Assembly (NCBI GenBank): GCA_015680685.1
Contig: MNCI01002379.1
Location: forward strand, 442,780-506,779
DNA: 64,000 nucleotides
Direction: 5' to 3'
DNA from: Gnetum montanum
Taxonomy: Eukaryota; Plantae; Gnetophyta
The notes under the pieces were generated by a model. That model had not been told where the DNA came from, searched no databases, and was given only the letters and a program-made list of their open reading frames with translations. The position numbers and the translations under genes were made by a program. Within the stretch, counting starts at the first letter, position 1. Each line of letters opens with the position of its first letter. This document shows positions 11,901 through 24,050 of the stretch, in pieces.

Positions 11901-13076
11901 CTGTAATCACACAAAGATCGATTGTTAGTAAGATATTTAAAGAAATTCAATTATCTCATATCTTACTCATTACCTTTAATAAACGTTTAATTCTTTTCTT
12001 AGTGTGATTTTAGAGTTAGAAATTTTTCAAGCGAGTTCCCCTAAAAGTTTTAATATTAGGCCTGATCTACTTAGGTGACTCCTATAATAATTTAAATGAT
12101 TTAGGTGAAGGAAGAAACTTAGTTTGACATGAGTTTTTAATAGTACTTACCCCTATGGTATCCTTCGGGTGATAGTAAATTTCAAAAAAATTGTGTAAAT
12201 TCTATTGTACCCCTCCCCCATGGGTTTAATTAGGTTTGATCAGAAAAGAGATTGAAGTGTCATAGAGTGAAATATTCATAGTTGAATTTTAGACTCTTAA
12301 ATCACTAAAAATCGTGCAAGAAAATTTGAACAACTGCCCCTGCATCAACTATTGGAAATGACTTCTGTAGCGTCCAAGGGTCCCATATATATAGTTTTTA
12401 TAGACATGATATTGCGACATGATAGCATGTACTCGATATCATGTTGGACCCAATACTGGGTACCTGATATCATGTCCTATCCAAGATAGGGTACTTAGTA
12501 TAAGTGATGATTTTTTGAGTTTTTACAACAAAAAATGAAGGATTTGAGGTAGATTTGAAAGGTCTGGGATAATGCCAAGTGGAAATTAAGACATCGAAAG
12601 TGTAATGAAGTGAAGTTATATAATGAAGTTTTTTGAAAAGGGTGACAAAAAAGTACATGTAGTGGTTCTAAAGAACATTTGGTTAAAATGATGACAAAGG
12701 AAAGAATAGATTTGACAATGGAGTACTCAAAGGGTAGAAGATGATGTGGTGGTGTGCAACAAGTACAAATCACAAAAGTTACGCAAGTGGGTCCTCCCCA
12801 AAGCAGGTTCCAACCTATCATGCCCTTGCATAACCACACCTTAAAATGTCCATAGGCACTAAAAGGGTTAAATGCAATCTACACCTATGTAACAAAACAC
12901 ACACATGTTAAATACCACCACTATGAGGTATGAATTCTATGCCACACAAGACACAAGTTAGAAGTATTTGGACGGTGAGATGAGATGAATTATAGAAAGA
13001 ATTGTAGAGATCAGGATGTGAGGTAACTTACCTTAGGTTCAATGAAGTTTAAGTGTTGTGTATGATTAAAGTATCA

Positions 13077-13466
13077 TTAGCCTTTCACTCCAAGATCAAA
13101 ACCAAGTCCACAACTCTGATCAGTGACATCGCATTGTTTCATCCCAATGATAGACAACCATAAGAGCATTATGATAGCAAGATGTATGATCACTTGGCAT
13201 TTTGTGCAAGGGAGGAGTGGTTCAAATTTTTCTATGGCATGTTTTTTCTTGACCTGTTCTTTTTTACTTCATTTCTTACTTTTTCTTCTTGCCTTTTTCT
13301 CCTTGTCTTTTTCTTCTTCTGGTTGCTTTTTGCACTTTGTCTTTCTCAAAGGTGATCCAAAGAAGCCACCAACCTTCAAGCATGGGTGCATGTCTTTCCA
13401 ATAGGACCCTATAAAACAACATTGAGTTCCTTTATTGAGTGCCTTTATTACAACTCTTACTCCCAT
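13077..13466 (-). pseudogene. Small Lys-rich, single-TM ORF of the retroelement (130 codons, one internal TGA)
   Basis: Single frame MGVRVV...LKVGGF...KKQPEEEKDKEKK...CQVIIHLAIIMLLWLSIIGMKQCDVTDQSCGLGFDLGVKG**. The homologous frame in copy B lies at 62376-62580. Confidence 0.55.
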
Positions 13467-13499
13467 TTTTCGTTAGATCTACAAGGATCTTAGTACAAC

Positions 13500-14830
13500 T
13501 GTAACGACGGAAAATGTCGGCAGCTGGAAATATCGACCGAGGTTCCGTGTATATAGTTTTAACCACGGATCCGCGCGAGGGCTATGCTGGAAAAAGCGAA
13601 TCCGCGGCGCCCTGAACGGTCTTGTCGATCAGACAGGGACTTACGGGTCAGTAAAACGATAAAGATTACAGATCTTTGCGTGCTGCGATTTGATTCGGGG
13701 GATCGTGAAAACGAGAGGAAAACGACGTGGATGGATCGCTACGCTGATAACGTCAAACACGCCGAAGAGACGCTAATCAAGAGAGAAACGCATGATTTTC
13801 AAAGATCTATGTTTCGATTTTTGAAAGAATGTATGTTACGTTACAATGGGAGAGACCCCCGATAACTTGATGCAAAAATGAGCACAAAACAACAAGGAAA
13901 CTGTCCAAACAGAAGTCCGATCTACCTCGTAGGCCAAAGATGGGATGCAAGGATGGTCAAGCTCTGAGGTCTTCTGATCAACTGTTTCTGACCGGTAAGG
14001 CCTGCAAACTGGGTGAGACAATCTCACAATCCGTGTTCTGCTTCTTTGCTTCGAGTAGATTCTGCTCAGGGCAGCGATCGCTCAGAAAATGCTCAGAAAA
14101 TGCTCAGAAAATGCTCTTGCCCTTTTGATTTGCCAACAAAAGTGATAAAATGCTCTGGTGCTCGGAAAAATGCCTCTGCTTCTCTGATTTGCCAACCCTT
14201 GTATCTTTGTCAACTGAGGTATTTATAGGCCACGACGCTCCATGGAAATGGTGCAACCCTGATGACGTGGGTCCCGGATATTTCAGTTTCCGTTGACATG
14301 ACCATTTTAAGTCAGACTGTGACTACACACAACACGCTCGTTTGCATGTTGTGCGTGTGAAGAGCAGGTATATGTTGAGCGTGCTTCAATTGCTTTCAGG
14401 CTGTATTACACTCATTCGCGTTGTGTTGCGTGTATGAGTGTAATCCGGTATAAAAACAACATGCTCAAAATTGTCTTACACTCACTACGCAACCGTGCAT
14501 AACAAAGAATAGATAATGACTAATTTACGCTCACTACGCAGCTGCGCGTAACGAAGCATAAATAATGTCTAGCCTTAGTGATGAAATACGCAATGATACG
14601 CACCGCCGCGTAACGAGCGTAAAGACCAGTTATTCATGCGCCACGAGAAAAAAGTGTCGAACTATTGCGCTTCTCTAGCCTTTTCCTTCGACTATTTTGA
14701 AGCTTATTACGCTCATTACGCTGTCGTGCGTAATAGAGCGTAAACTTGTCCTTGAACGAAGTTGATGCGCGTTTTCGCTTGAATTGCGAATCTTTGCCTG
14801 AGGCCGACTCGTAATTTTCATGGTGTTTCA
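13500..14830 (-). mobile_element. Young solo LTR (1331 bp) inserted in copy A
   Basis: Termini tgtaac...gtttca. Exact 5-bp TSD ACAAC (13495-13499 and 14831-14835). TATA ctataaata on the minus strand near 14220. CpGs retained. Confidence 0.85.
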
Positions 14831-15239
14831 ACAACCAAGTTGCATGATAGCACATACAGATGTCACTAAAGAGAATCCATAAGTCCCCTTGATGTCACAT
14901 CCTTTCCATTCCCTCTTAGTCTGTCACTCTTTGTTTTGGGCATAATGGGTACAAAGTTACTTTAAATTTTAATGATAATAAGAATATCATCATACCCAGA
15001 GTAAGAACTTCTTATTAATAGAATGGGTGGGTGGATGTTTTTGGCTCACTATCCAAATAATTAGTCACTTGTGACTCGATAGCATAGAACAACACCTCAA
15101 CTACCTAGTCACATGACTATTTGATTCATAGATGAGATTACCCTCAAAACGATAAAATAAAAAATTGAAAAATGAAAAATTAAAAAATGAAAAGATGAAA
15201 AACAAAAAATCGTAAAACCAAAGAAAAGGAAAAACATTT

Positions 15240-17600
15240 AGTAATTCTTCTTGTTAGAATGAGGGGTATCCCCCATGACTAAACCTTTGATCATGGTGAG
15301 AATTAATAACTGGAAAATTAGGATCCATGCATGTTGGAAATATTGGGGTTTGATCATATCCAAACCACTGGGTGTCTTTTGATGTGGTGGTAGGAATGTA
15401 TCCAAACTGGGGTTTACACACTTGATTAAAGTAGGCATAGTGGGGTAGATTATAAGATGTGGTCATGTGATAAGAAGTTGACCCACTATGGCACCTATGA
15501 CCATAAGACATTATGCAGGGATCAATATGTCTCCTCCCATTGTTATATTCATTGGGCCACATGGTTGTTGGAGTATGAATTAGTAGCCTAGATAAGGTAA
15601 CAGGAGGCATTGAGTTTGAAGAGGAAGGTGCATCATGGTGTTGGGCTTATGCTGAGTTGGAGGATGCAGTGGTTTTAGAATCATACTGTCCCTTTCTACA
15701 ACCATGCCTAAAGAAAGGATGCTTCCGATGATGTGGAGGACTCCCACTACTGTTGATAGTAGCAGCACAAGTAATGTTTGTTGATTGGTGTTGCGGTGCA
15801 AAACCTTCTAATACTACTAGTGGCCATGTAGAAGGAGATGAAGGATGAGAATATTGAAAGTAAGATGAAGTGTAAGGAACATGAGGTTGTGATCCAATAG
15901 GAGAGGACATGGGTTGATGTTACTCGAAAGAATGATAGTGATGGGGTGAAGCAGAGGATGTTGATCCAGTTGGAAAAATAGGATGTTGAACATAATAACC
16001 ACTTGGTTTTGGGTGATACGAAGGGTGTGGGCCATTTGGCGATGACCTTCCCCATGATTGGGGATTTTGAATTGTAGTTTAATAGTATTTTTGTACGAAA
16101 TCTAGATGTAACATTCTTTTCCAATGCTCATGTAGGCGTGACAAGATTGGGCATTAGCCTTTAGGATGATCGTACAGGAAAACATTGCATTGATACTTAT
16201 GATTTGTAGTTGAGCTTATATCCTTATTTTTTTTATACTTCTTTCCGATTGTCAAATGGTGTTCTATCTTGTTTCTAGGTTTGGTATCCTTTGTTTGTTA
16301 TGGTCATTAAAGTTATCTTGCATGGTTTTCCCTCTAATAATGTCTACGTATTCCCCACATTTTTCCTGTACCCACTCCATCATCTTGTGGATCTTTGCCT
16401 TGATTTCATTTAGTGATTTGAGTATTGGCAAACATGGGGATGATTCCACCCCCTTGCAGTGAGCTGATTTCTCCTCTTCATAATTATGGACCTTTGTTAT
16501 TTTAAGAGTTTGATCCTATTGAGATTTTTCAACATTCTCCCATTTGGCTATTTCTCCTTATTTTGCTACTTGCTTAATGAGCTCTTGGCACTAGTGGGTT
16601 TGTAGTTCATATAGTTGACCTAGGGCATACATCCCTAGGGTCTCCCTTGTTTCATTACAGAGCCCATCCATGATGTGACACGTTAGCCTTTCCTCGAAGA
16701 ACCCATGGCTTGGGCATTTGTTTAACAATGAGTAATATCTTTCTAAGGCCATGTCCAAGGGTTCATGTTTCCCTTGTTCCTCCGCTTGGATTTGTCTCAT
16801 CAAGGCCAACACTCTTGTATAGGTTTGATATCTTTTGTTGAAGAGGTTTACCATTGTAGGCCAACAGCAAATTGAATTTGGTTTTAAAGACATGTACCAT
16901 ACTTTAGCTTGGCCAACAACTATCATAGGAAAGAGCTTAAGCCTTTGCCACTCATTCTCAATGTTGTTCCATGCATAGGCATCATAGAAGGCTTGTAAAT
17001 GATGTTGTGAATCTAAGTCATAGCCTCCTCAGAACTTAGGAAAGTTGTTTAAATCAAGTCTAGGTAGACAGCTTTCCTTGCCATGCCTGCGGGGTATCTG
17101 AATGGCCTTTGTTATATGCTTTTAGTGGCCAGCAAGGGTTCATCCTAGCTAAATAGGTTGTGAGTTTGTGAGTTGGAGCGATGTTGTCTATGTTCATGTT
17201 GGTGTTTATGATTTTGTTCATGGGTTCAATTTTTATTTCTATGTCGACCCCTTAAGGAATAGTCACCCATGTCGTAACCCAATGTTGAAAGAGCAAAGGA
17301 AGAGAGGGAACTGGAAGACTCGTCATGACTTCTATAAGTCTTCCAATCATTCACTGATGTACTCCTGCTAACCATTTAGAAGGTCTTAGGCCTTATGGGC
17401 CCCCTCATTCTATGGGATGTCCCATCTTCACTAGAGATGTCTGAGTTGGATGACAAAAGTCCTTGAGTATCATTGGGGTGTTTATGAACATATGAAACTC
17501 CTGCATAATATTGAGTACTCCAAACTTCTTCTTCATCATAATGTCATCGGTTCTCCAATGAATTACCTTGCTAGATGTGCCATTATTGCTATCTTGTTCC
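15240..17600 (-). pseudogene. gag: Decayed retrotransposon gag
   Basis: LKLFPMIVVGQAKVWYMSLKPNSICCWPTMVNLFNKRY...RYYSLLNKCPSHG matches the Athila-type gag core, followed by a P/Q/H/Y-rich low-complexity tail. Confidence 0.75.
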
Positions 17601-17607
17601 ATTATCA

Positions 17608-18946
17608 CTAGTTTGCCCACTTTTACACATTATCTTTATTTTTGTAGTTATGAAAAATAATGCATTTTCTCCAAAGTTTAGGCCTTTCGCCATCCTTCAA
17701 AATTTTCTTAAATACTTGTATCAACTATGAAACCTGTAACACCTTGGTGTTTTAAAGCTAGAATCTTAAATTTGTTATTTATTTTCTTACAATTAGTTCT
17801 TAAGTTTAAGGGTATATTTAATATATTATGTTAATAATATATTGTATTTTGCTAGTGGTTTATGCTAGTGCATTCTAATGTCTCTCTTCTACTTAAGCTT
17901 ATCATTATGCATATTGAGGTTTGAACCCTTGACTCATTGTTTACATAGATTGGTACTATATAATTGATACATCATGTTATATTGCTTATAAGCTTGTAAT
18001 TCTTGGTAAGCTTACATGTTTTATTATGTTTAAATATTATGCTTCTCAAGATTTGGATGTTCGACCTTGCTTTTATTATATATTTAGAAATATTATTATT
18101 TTATGTATTTATTTTTTGGATTATTATTACTTGTCATTTACTAATGCTTGGTGCCTCTTATGAAGGACAAGTTGGAAGGTTGGTGGTGGTACATTGCTAG
18201 TATTTTATTATATTTTTATATTATTTGGTTTTGAAATAATGTAAGAATATAGTTATAAGAAATGTTAATAAATATTTAAGGTTTATTATTTTATTTTATC
18301 TTGGAACTCATTCTTGGGTATGTGTGCTTATTCTAGTATTTTCATAGTGGTCTTACCTATTGGTTGACCATTGGATCCTTTTTATAAATACATGTCACCT
18401 GATTCTAGAAAATAAATTATTAATTCTTTATTCTTAGAATTGCCCAAACACTCCCTCTTATGCCCATAAATACTTGGTAATGCTGGCTCTTTTAGCATCA
18501 ATTGTACATCTCTCTCCTACATGCTTATACTCATGGCTATGCTTTAGAGATCTCTTATAGGTTTCTAGATATGACCCTATTCTTGCTTGATGAAGCTTGG
18601 ACCTTAGTTGGTCTCTCAAGGTAAAGAAAATATTCTTGGTTGTATTAATTTTGATAAACAATTTTCCTTAGTGATTTCTTGATGATCTAATCATACTGTA
18701 TATGTTGTTGATCTAACCTTGGTTTGATGATTAATTATATGCTTTCATGACTTTCCACTTTGTGCATCATGCTTATCTTTCTTCTATGATACCTTCTTCT
18801 CTCAGTCGCAGTAGTAATGATGTCTTCATGCATTATGATAGATTTAGGGATTGTGATGAAAGTCACGATAGACTTCTTGCACATTTTTGTAGTGTGATCA
18901 TGGTGGTGTTTGATGTGAATGATAACCTTGGACAACAATGATAAGT
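17608..18946. repeat. Segmental duplicate of 23926-25292 (RTE fragment plus junction plus LTR-like insert)
   Basis: Continuous high-identity alignment that includes the same RTE/insert junction (aaacc|tgtaac vs aaact|tgtaat). Confidence 0.9.
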
Positions 18947-18953
18947 CTATCTT

Positions 18954-20780
18954 TGATGAGTGGCAAGGTACCCCTATGTCCAACCATACAAATCACAAGC
19001 ATTTATGCGTAATTCTATGAAATTTTGTAGACCTTAAGTTCCTAAGTACACTGGTTCTAGGGCTTGAAATCTAATCATGACAATTGTTTTCTTCTCAACT
19101 ACACTTGTGGAGCTTAATTGTATGGTTAAGTGTAATTAAGGCATATGATTTTTATTATTTTGTATTTTATTTGTCTATGATTAAGAACAAGTTGAAACTT
19201 AATTTATGAACCAATCTAACTAATCTAATTGCTAATCAATAGCTAAGTATCCTAACATAAGCATCCAGTCCCACTTTCTGTGCACATCCTAAATATGTAT
19301 AACACTGCTGGGTTACCAAACATTAAGCGTTGCTATGATTACCAAGAGTTATATGCATGCTTAAAGCGAGCGTACTTATATGTTTAATTAATTCTATTTA
19401 ATCAAACTAGCTTACTTTAGCTTAATTACTTGGTAGTATTAAATGAAATTGCATAAAACATTAATTGCATGAATACAATATTTAAGCTAACCAAGGTGTT
19501 GCAAGGTTTGATTAGAAAGCTCATATTTATTGTTGTACACACTACCGTGCTCAGGTATAATAGTGCTCAAATAAAGATCTGTACACTCAATGACTCTTGC
19601 TATAGGCAGTTTGGAAAATATTCTAACTCTAGATAAGAGAAATTGTAAGAGCTCTGCTATGCTATGATAAAAACTATATGGAAACCGTGTGCCCAAACAC
19701 TATATTTATAGGCCAACACATACCTCGTGATATCGAATATTCAACATCACATCTTGGGGCTCAACATTGTGGCTCCAATATCGAAGGCCTACAAAATACA
19801 ATTCATCATACCCCCACAATTGAATAAAAACTCATCCTCGAGTGAGCAAGAGGAGGAATAAGTTCCTTATAAAATATTGGAAAGGTATGAGATTATTGAC
19901 TGACATGCAAACTAACTTAGATGAAACAGAAAAATGCGAAGTACCCAAGTGTATTGATTTACAATTTTTTAAAAAATTGGGTGTTCATGATAATAGAATT
20001 GAACACCCTGGAGAAAACTGACATCCAACTCCCTTGGCAGCTAAAGATTGAGGGAGAAGATTCAATGATCATGAAGGGTCCTCATTGCATGGTGCTACCA
20101 CCTCTTCCTTGGTGAAGATAATCCCACTTCTAGTCCATACTTCCCATTGCAATCATAACAAAATCATGGATTAGTGTGCAATGTGTAACGTATAACTTTT
20201 AAGTACCTTGTCTCATCAATGGTTATAGTTGGCTAGGTTGTGATTATGGTGGATTGATTCCTTTGATAGTGTTAGCGGGAAGATGGAAAAATAGGGTGAA
20301 ATGGATAAGTAGTCCATTATTAAATTTTGAAAAATCAAAATGTGAATAAATGCTTGAAGAGGGTTTAAGAATTTCACAATAATAAAAAGAGGATTTCACT
20401 AAAAAAACATTATGAAGATGCACAATTGGTTGTCATTAATGAGGCACGCAAAAGGGTTTGATTGTGAGAATGTCTAAGGATAAAGGACTTAACTAATCCA
20501 AATAAAAGGTATGCAAGTGGGTCCTTCCCAAAGCAAGCATAGGCCCTTTATTGCCCTTACATAACTTCAAACTGTGGAGTCCATGGGCCCCATGGAGGAT
20601 TAATGGTTATGAAAAGTTAAGTACAAAAACCAGAAAGAAACTATCTAAGAATTTCGACACATCAAACCAAGACATTAAACAAGAACATGAAATCAACAGT
20701 GAGGTGAGACATGGAAAGCATACATAGATGAGAGAGAGAGAGAGAAAGTGGAATGGAGTTCCTGATTAAGCTCACATGAA
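18954..20780 (-). mobile_element. Athila-like family copy C: 3' LTR (18954-19808), PPT and shortened internal region running into a gap
   Basis: tgatgag at 18954 and ttcatca ending at 19808. PPT gtgggggta on the minus strand. Retains the conserved stem-loop at 20508-20565 but lacks the large ORF. Confidence 0.8.
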
Positions 20781-21532
20781 NNNNNNNNNNNNNNNNNNNN
20801 NNNNNNNNNNNNNNNNNNNNNNNNNNNNNNNNNNNNNNNNNNNNNNNNNNNNNNNNNNNNNNNNNNNNNNNNNNNNNNNNNNNNNNNNNNNNNNNNNNNN
20901 NNNNNNNNNNNNNNNNNNNNNNNNNNNNNNNNNNNNNNNNNNNNNNNNNNNNNNNNNNNNNNNNNNNNNNNNNNNNNNNNNNNNNNNNNNNNNNNNNNNN
21001 NNNNNNNNNNNNNNNNNNNNNNNNNNNNNNNNNNNNNNNNNNNNNNNNNNNNNNNNNNNNNNNNNNNNNNNNNNNNNNNNNNNNNNNNNNNNNNNNNNNN
21101 NNNNNNNNNNNNNNNNNNNNNNNNNNNNNNNNNNNNNNNNNNNNNNNNNNNNNNNNNNNNNNNNNNNNNNNNNNNNNNNNNNCTCACACTTCTAGAACAA
21201 GGAAAATCATAGAGTTTGTGGATGGGTGGATGTTGTGGACTCATTGCTTATTTCATGAAAATAAACCATGTCCAAGTTATTAGTAACAAAGCTGAAAGCT
21301 AGAATCTAGACGCCAATAACACATGCGCACATGTACCCAATTGGCAATAAAGTATGTTATTATTAAAACATAATAAGAAAATCACATTTGAATAAAGGAA
21401 AATGTATAAAAAATTGTAAAATATTTAAGAAAAATAAAATGTACCAATGATGTTGTAAAACAAAAATTTTGAAAAATTAATAACTTGAAAACAAAAAAGT
21501 ACCGATAAAAAATGTGTAAAACAAAGAGTTGA

Positions 21533-22798
21533 AAGTTCTTCACCGCGACATAAAAGCCAGCAAGGTCATGCTGGACTCCGACCCGAACGCGCCTCGGAGA
21601 CTTCGGCCTGGCGAAGGTCATCGCAGAAAACCCTAACTCCGCCTCGACCTCCGTCACATCCACGGCAATGGCAGGCACGCACGGCTACATCGCGCCGGAG
21701 TGCTTCCACACGGGGCGCACCACGGCGGAATCGGACGTTTACAGTTTCGGCACTGTGCTTTTGGAAGTCGCCTGCGGCCACCGTCCCGTCACAGGCCTGG
21801 ATACGGTCCTGATCGACTGGCTGTGGGCTCTCCACGGCGCCGGCCTCGTTTTAGACGCTCTGGATCCGCTGCTGGTGCCAAGAATGAGTGAATCTGCCAA
21901 GGATGATATGCAGCGCCTCCTTCTATTGGGGCTGGCCTGCTGCCATCCTGCGCCGAGCCAGCGGTCCTCCATGCGCGCCGTGGAGCAGATTCTGGAGAGG
22001 GATATGCCGCTGCCGGAGGTTCCCCCGGCCAAGCCGGCGTTTATGTGGCCCGTTCTTGGCTTCAGCAGCAGCAGTGGCGCAATTCGCTTGAGCACCAGCA
22101 TCAAGTCACGTCTCAGTCATACCTTACAGACGCTGTCAGCCACCCACCCTTATTTATTTATTTAATCATTTATAAATATAGATTATCGGCCGGCCAATGC
22201 TATTGTCATGAGCCCCTCAAAATTTAACGTGATTGCGTTGTTTATTTGAAAATGTCAGATGTGTGGGCTCTGTGTTGGTGGAGTGGATGTTGTTCCCTTT
22301 GGAAAGCTGGGGATATGCAGATTCCCTGGAAGATGCGTGGCTTGCGTTCCGTCGTCTTCCAGTGTACAGTGTCAACATAGTCCTCAAATTGTGAAATATT
22401 TTAAAGGGCATTCATTTACCGTGTGATGGAAGCATCGTTGAAGAAGTTTAATGTTGACCGTAATCCATGGATGAATTTGAGCAACTTTTGGAACTTAGAA
22501 GCCTGTCTCTCCTTTGTGTCATGGTTGAAATTTCTAATCGACAGCTGTCGTTGCTGCATAACTACTGAATAACCCAATTCGAGGTCGTCTAAGTGGTTAT
22601 GACAAGAATTTATTCTTGTATAATGCTTTTACTGTGGACTATACGTCTTGGGTTCCTCCTTTAGAGGAATTTTCTCTATGCTTTTAGTAGCATGTAAAAT
22701 ATTTAAGGGTGTTATAAGGTGAAACTTTTGAGCATATTTATCTTTAAGACATATACAGCTAGAGTAGAACATTGTTTATAAGTACGTGTTTTTTATTG
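21533..22798 (+). pseudogene. Truncated duplicate of LecRK gene 1 exon 2 and 3' flank
   Basis: Aligns to 6904-8235. Starts inside the kinase domain with no acceptor. Catalytic-loop N->K (HRDIKASK), a 2-bp deletion (aacgcgcgcc -> aacgcgcc), and loss of the stop codon (TAA -> TTA). Confidence 0.9.
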
Positions 22799-22959
22799 GA
22801 ACCCAACCCATAACATTGACTAATAAGTGTCACATTTGAACATGATGCATTTGGCTGAATTTTGATACAATAGAAGTGTTAGTTTAAGAAAATAGAAGCC
22901 ACAAAAACCACTATCATTCCTGGAACTTATTTGAAATAAAAGTCATTCAAAGTCTTCAT

Positions 22960-24050
22960 CTAATATCTATACTGTGCAATTTATTTTTTCTAATAATGTT
23001 CAACATCCATCTAAGCATTCACATTTTTGACACACTAATTTGTTATTCATACCTTTTTTGTAATATTAAACATTCAACATAATATAAGATAGCAAGCCTG
23101 ATTGTTGTCCTATAAAATTTTTTGTTTAGTTCTATTGATATTCTTTTATCATATAGAACATGACTAGCCTGTCTCCATTCAAACCATCTTTCCTCAATCC
23201 TATTTCTTATATCTTTATCAAATTTAATATCTACTTGAACCTTTGATCCTAGGTAGCAAAACTATTTATAGTTGGGACTTTTTGGCCTTGAATTGTAACT
23301 TCTAGTTCACCACTATTTATGATGTTATTGAAATTGCATTCTATATATTTTGTCTTTTACTAATTTTTAAGCCTTTTGATTCTAAAGCATAATTCCACTT
23401 CTACATTTTAGAAGCAATGTTTTCTAGAGCTATATCCACCCGCATAATATCATTTGCAAATAATGTATACCAAGGGATTTTATTCTGTATTTCCTTTGTT
23501 AATTCATTTATAAGAATGACAAATAAGCAAGGTCTATGTGTAGACCCTTGATGTAGACCTATTATGATTGGAAAATCAAATGTGATTCCATAAGTTGTTC
23601 TAATTTTAGTGGTAGGTCATTCATACATTTCTTGAATAACTTTTTACATATTTATCATGAATGTTTTTCCTCCACAAAACCCACTAAATAATATCTCTAG
23701 GCATTTTTTTCATATGCTTTTTCCAAGTCAATAGAGATCATATGTAGATTTTCTCTATTTTCTAAATTTTTCCTTTAATTATCATATCAAGAAAATAGCC
23801 TCTATAGTATATCGCCCTGAAATAATTCCAAATTGATATTCTAATACTATTAATTCAAATTTAAGATGTAGCTCTATTACTTTCTTCAAAGACTTCATAG
23901 TATGGCTCATTAGATTGATTCCTTTCTAGTTTGCACACTTTTACACATTTTCTTTATTTTTGTAGTTAGGAACAATAATGCATTTTCTCCAAAGTTTAGG
24001 CCTTTTGTCATCCTTCAATTTTTTTAAATAATTGTATCAACTATGAAACT
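22960..24050 (-). mobile_element. RTE-clade LINE, RT and 3' part (decayed)
   Basis: Minus-strand peptides WRKCIIVPNYKNK, CAN*KGINLMSHTM, LHMISIDLEKAY, FPIIIGLHQGS, FYRTTIR and MLRWML. Confidence 0.85.

Larger units (their letters stand above)
8234..17607 (-). mobile_element. Decayed Athila-like Ty3/gypsy LTR retroelement, copy A (no pol visible, 5' truncated)
   Basis: 3' LTR 8234-8953 is homologous to solo LTR 32248-33110 but lacks its last ~50 bp. A PPT-like gtgggta is adjacent. A gag remnant and an extra 3' ORF are present, and the element is colinear with copy B (56894-62580). Confidence 0.8.

Noticed and set aside
20693-21244. Long ORFs of X residues (also 29361-30167)
   Set aside because: Artefacts of N gaps.
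21668-22165. 165-aa kinase C-lobe ORF as a functional truncated protein
   Set aside because: It lies in a frameshifted fragment with a mutated catalytic loop, a lost stop and no visible promoter or acceptor. Expression data would be needed.
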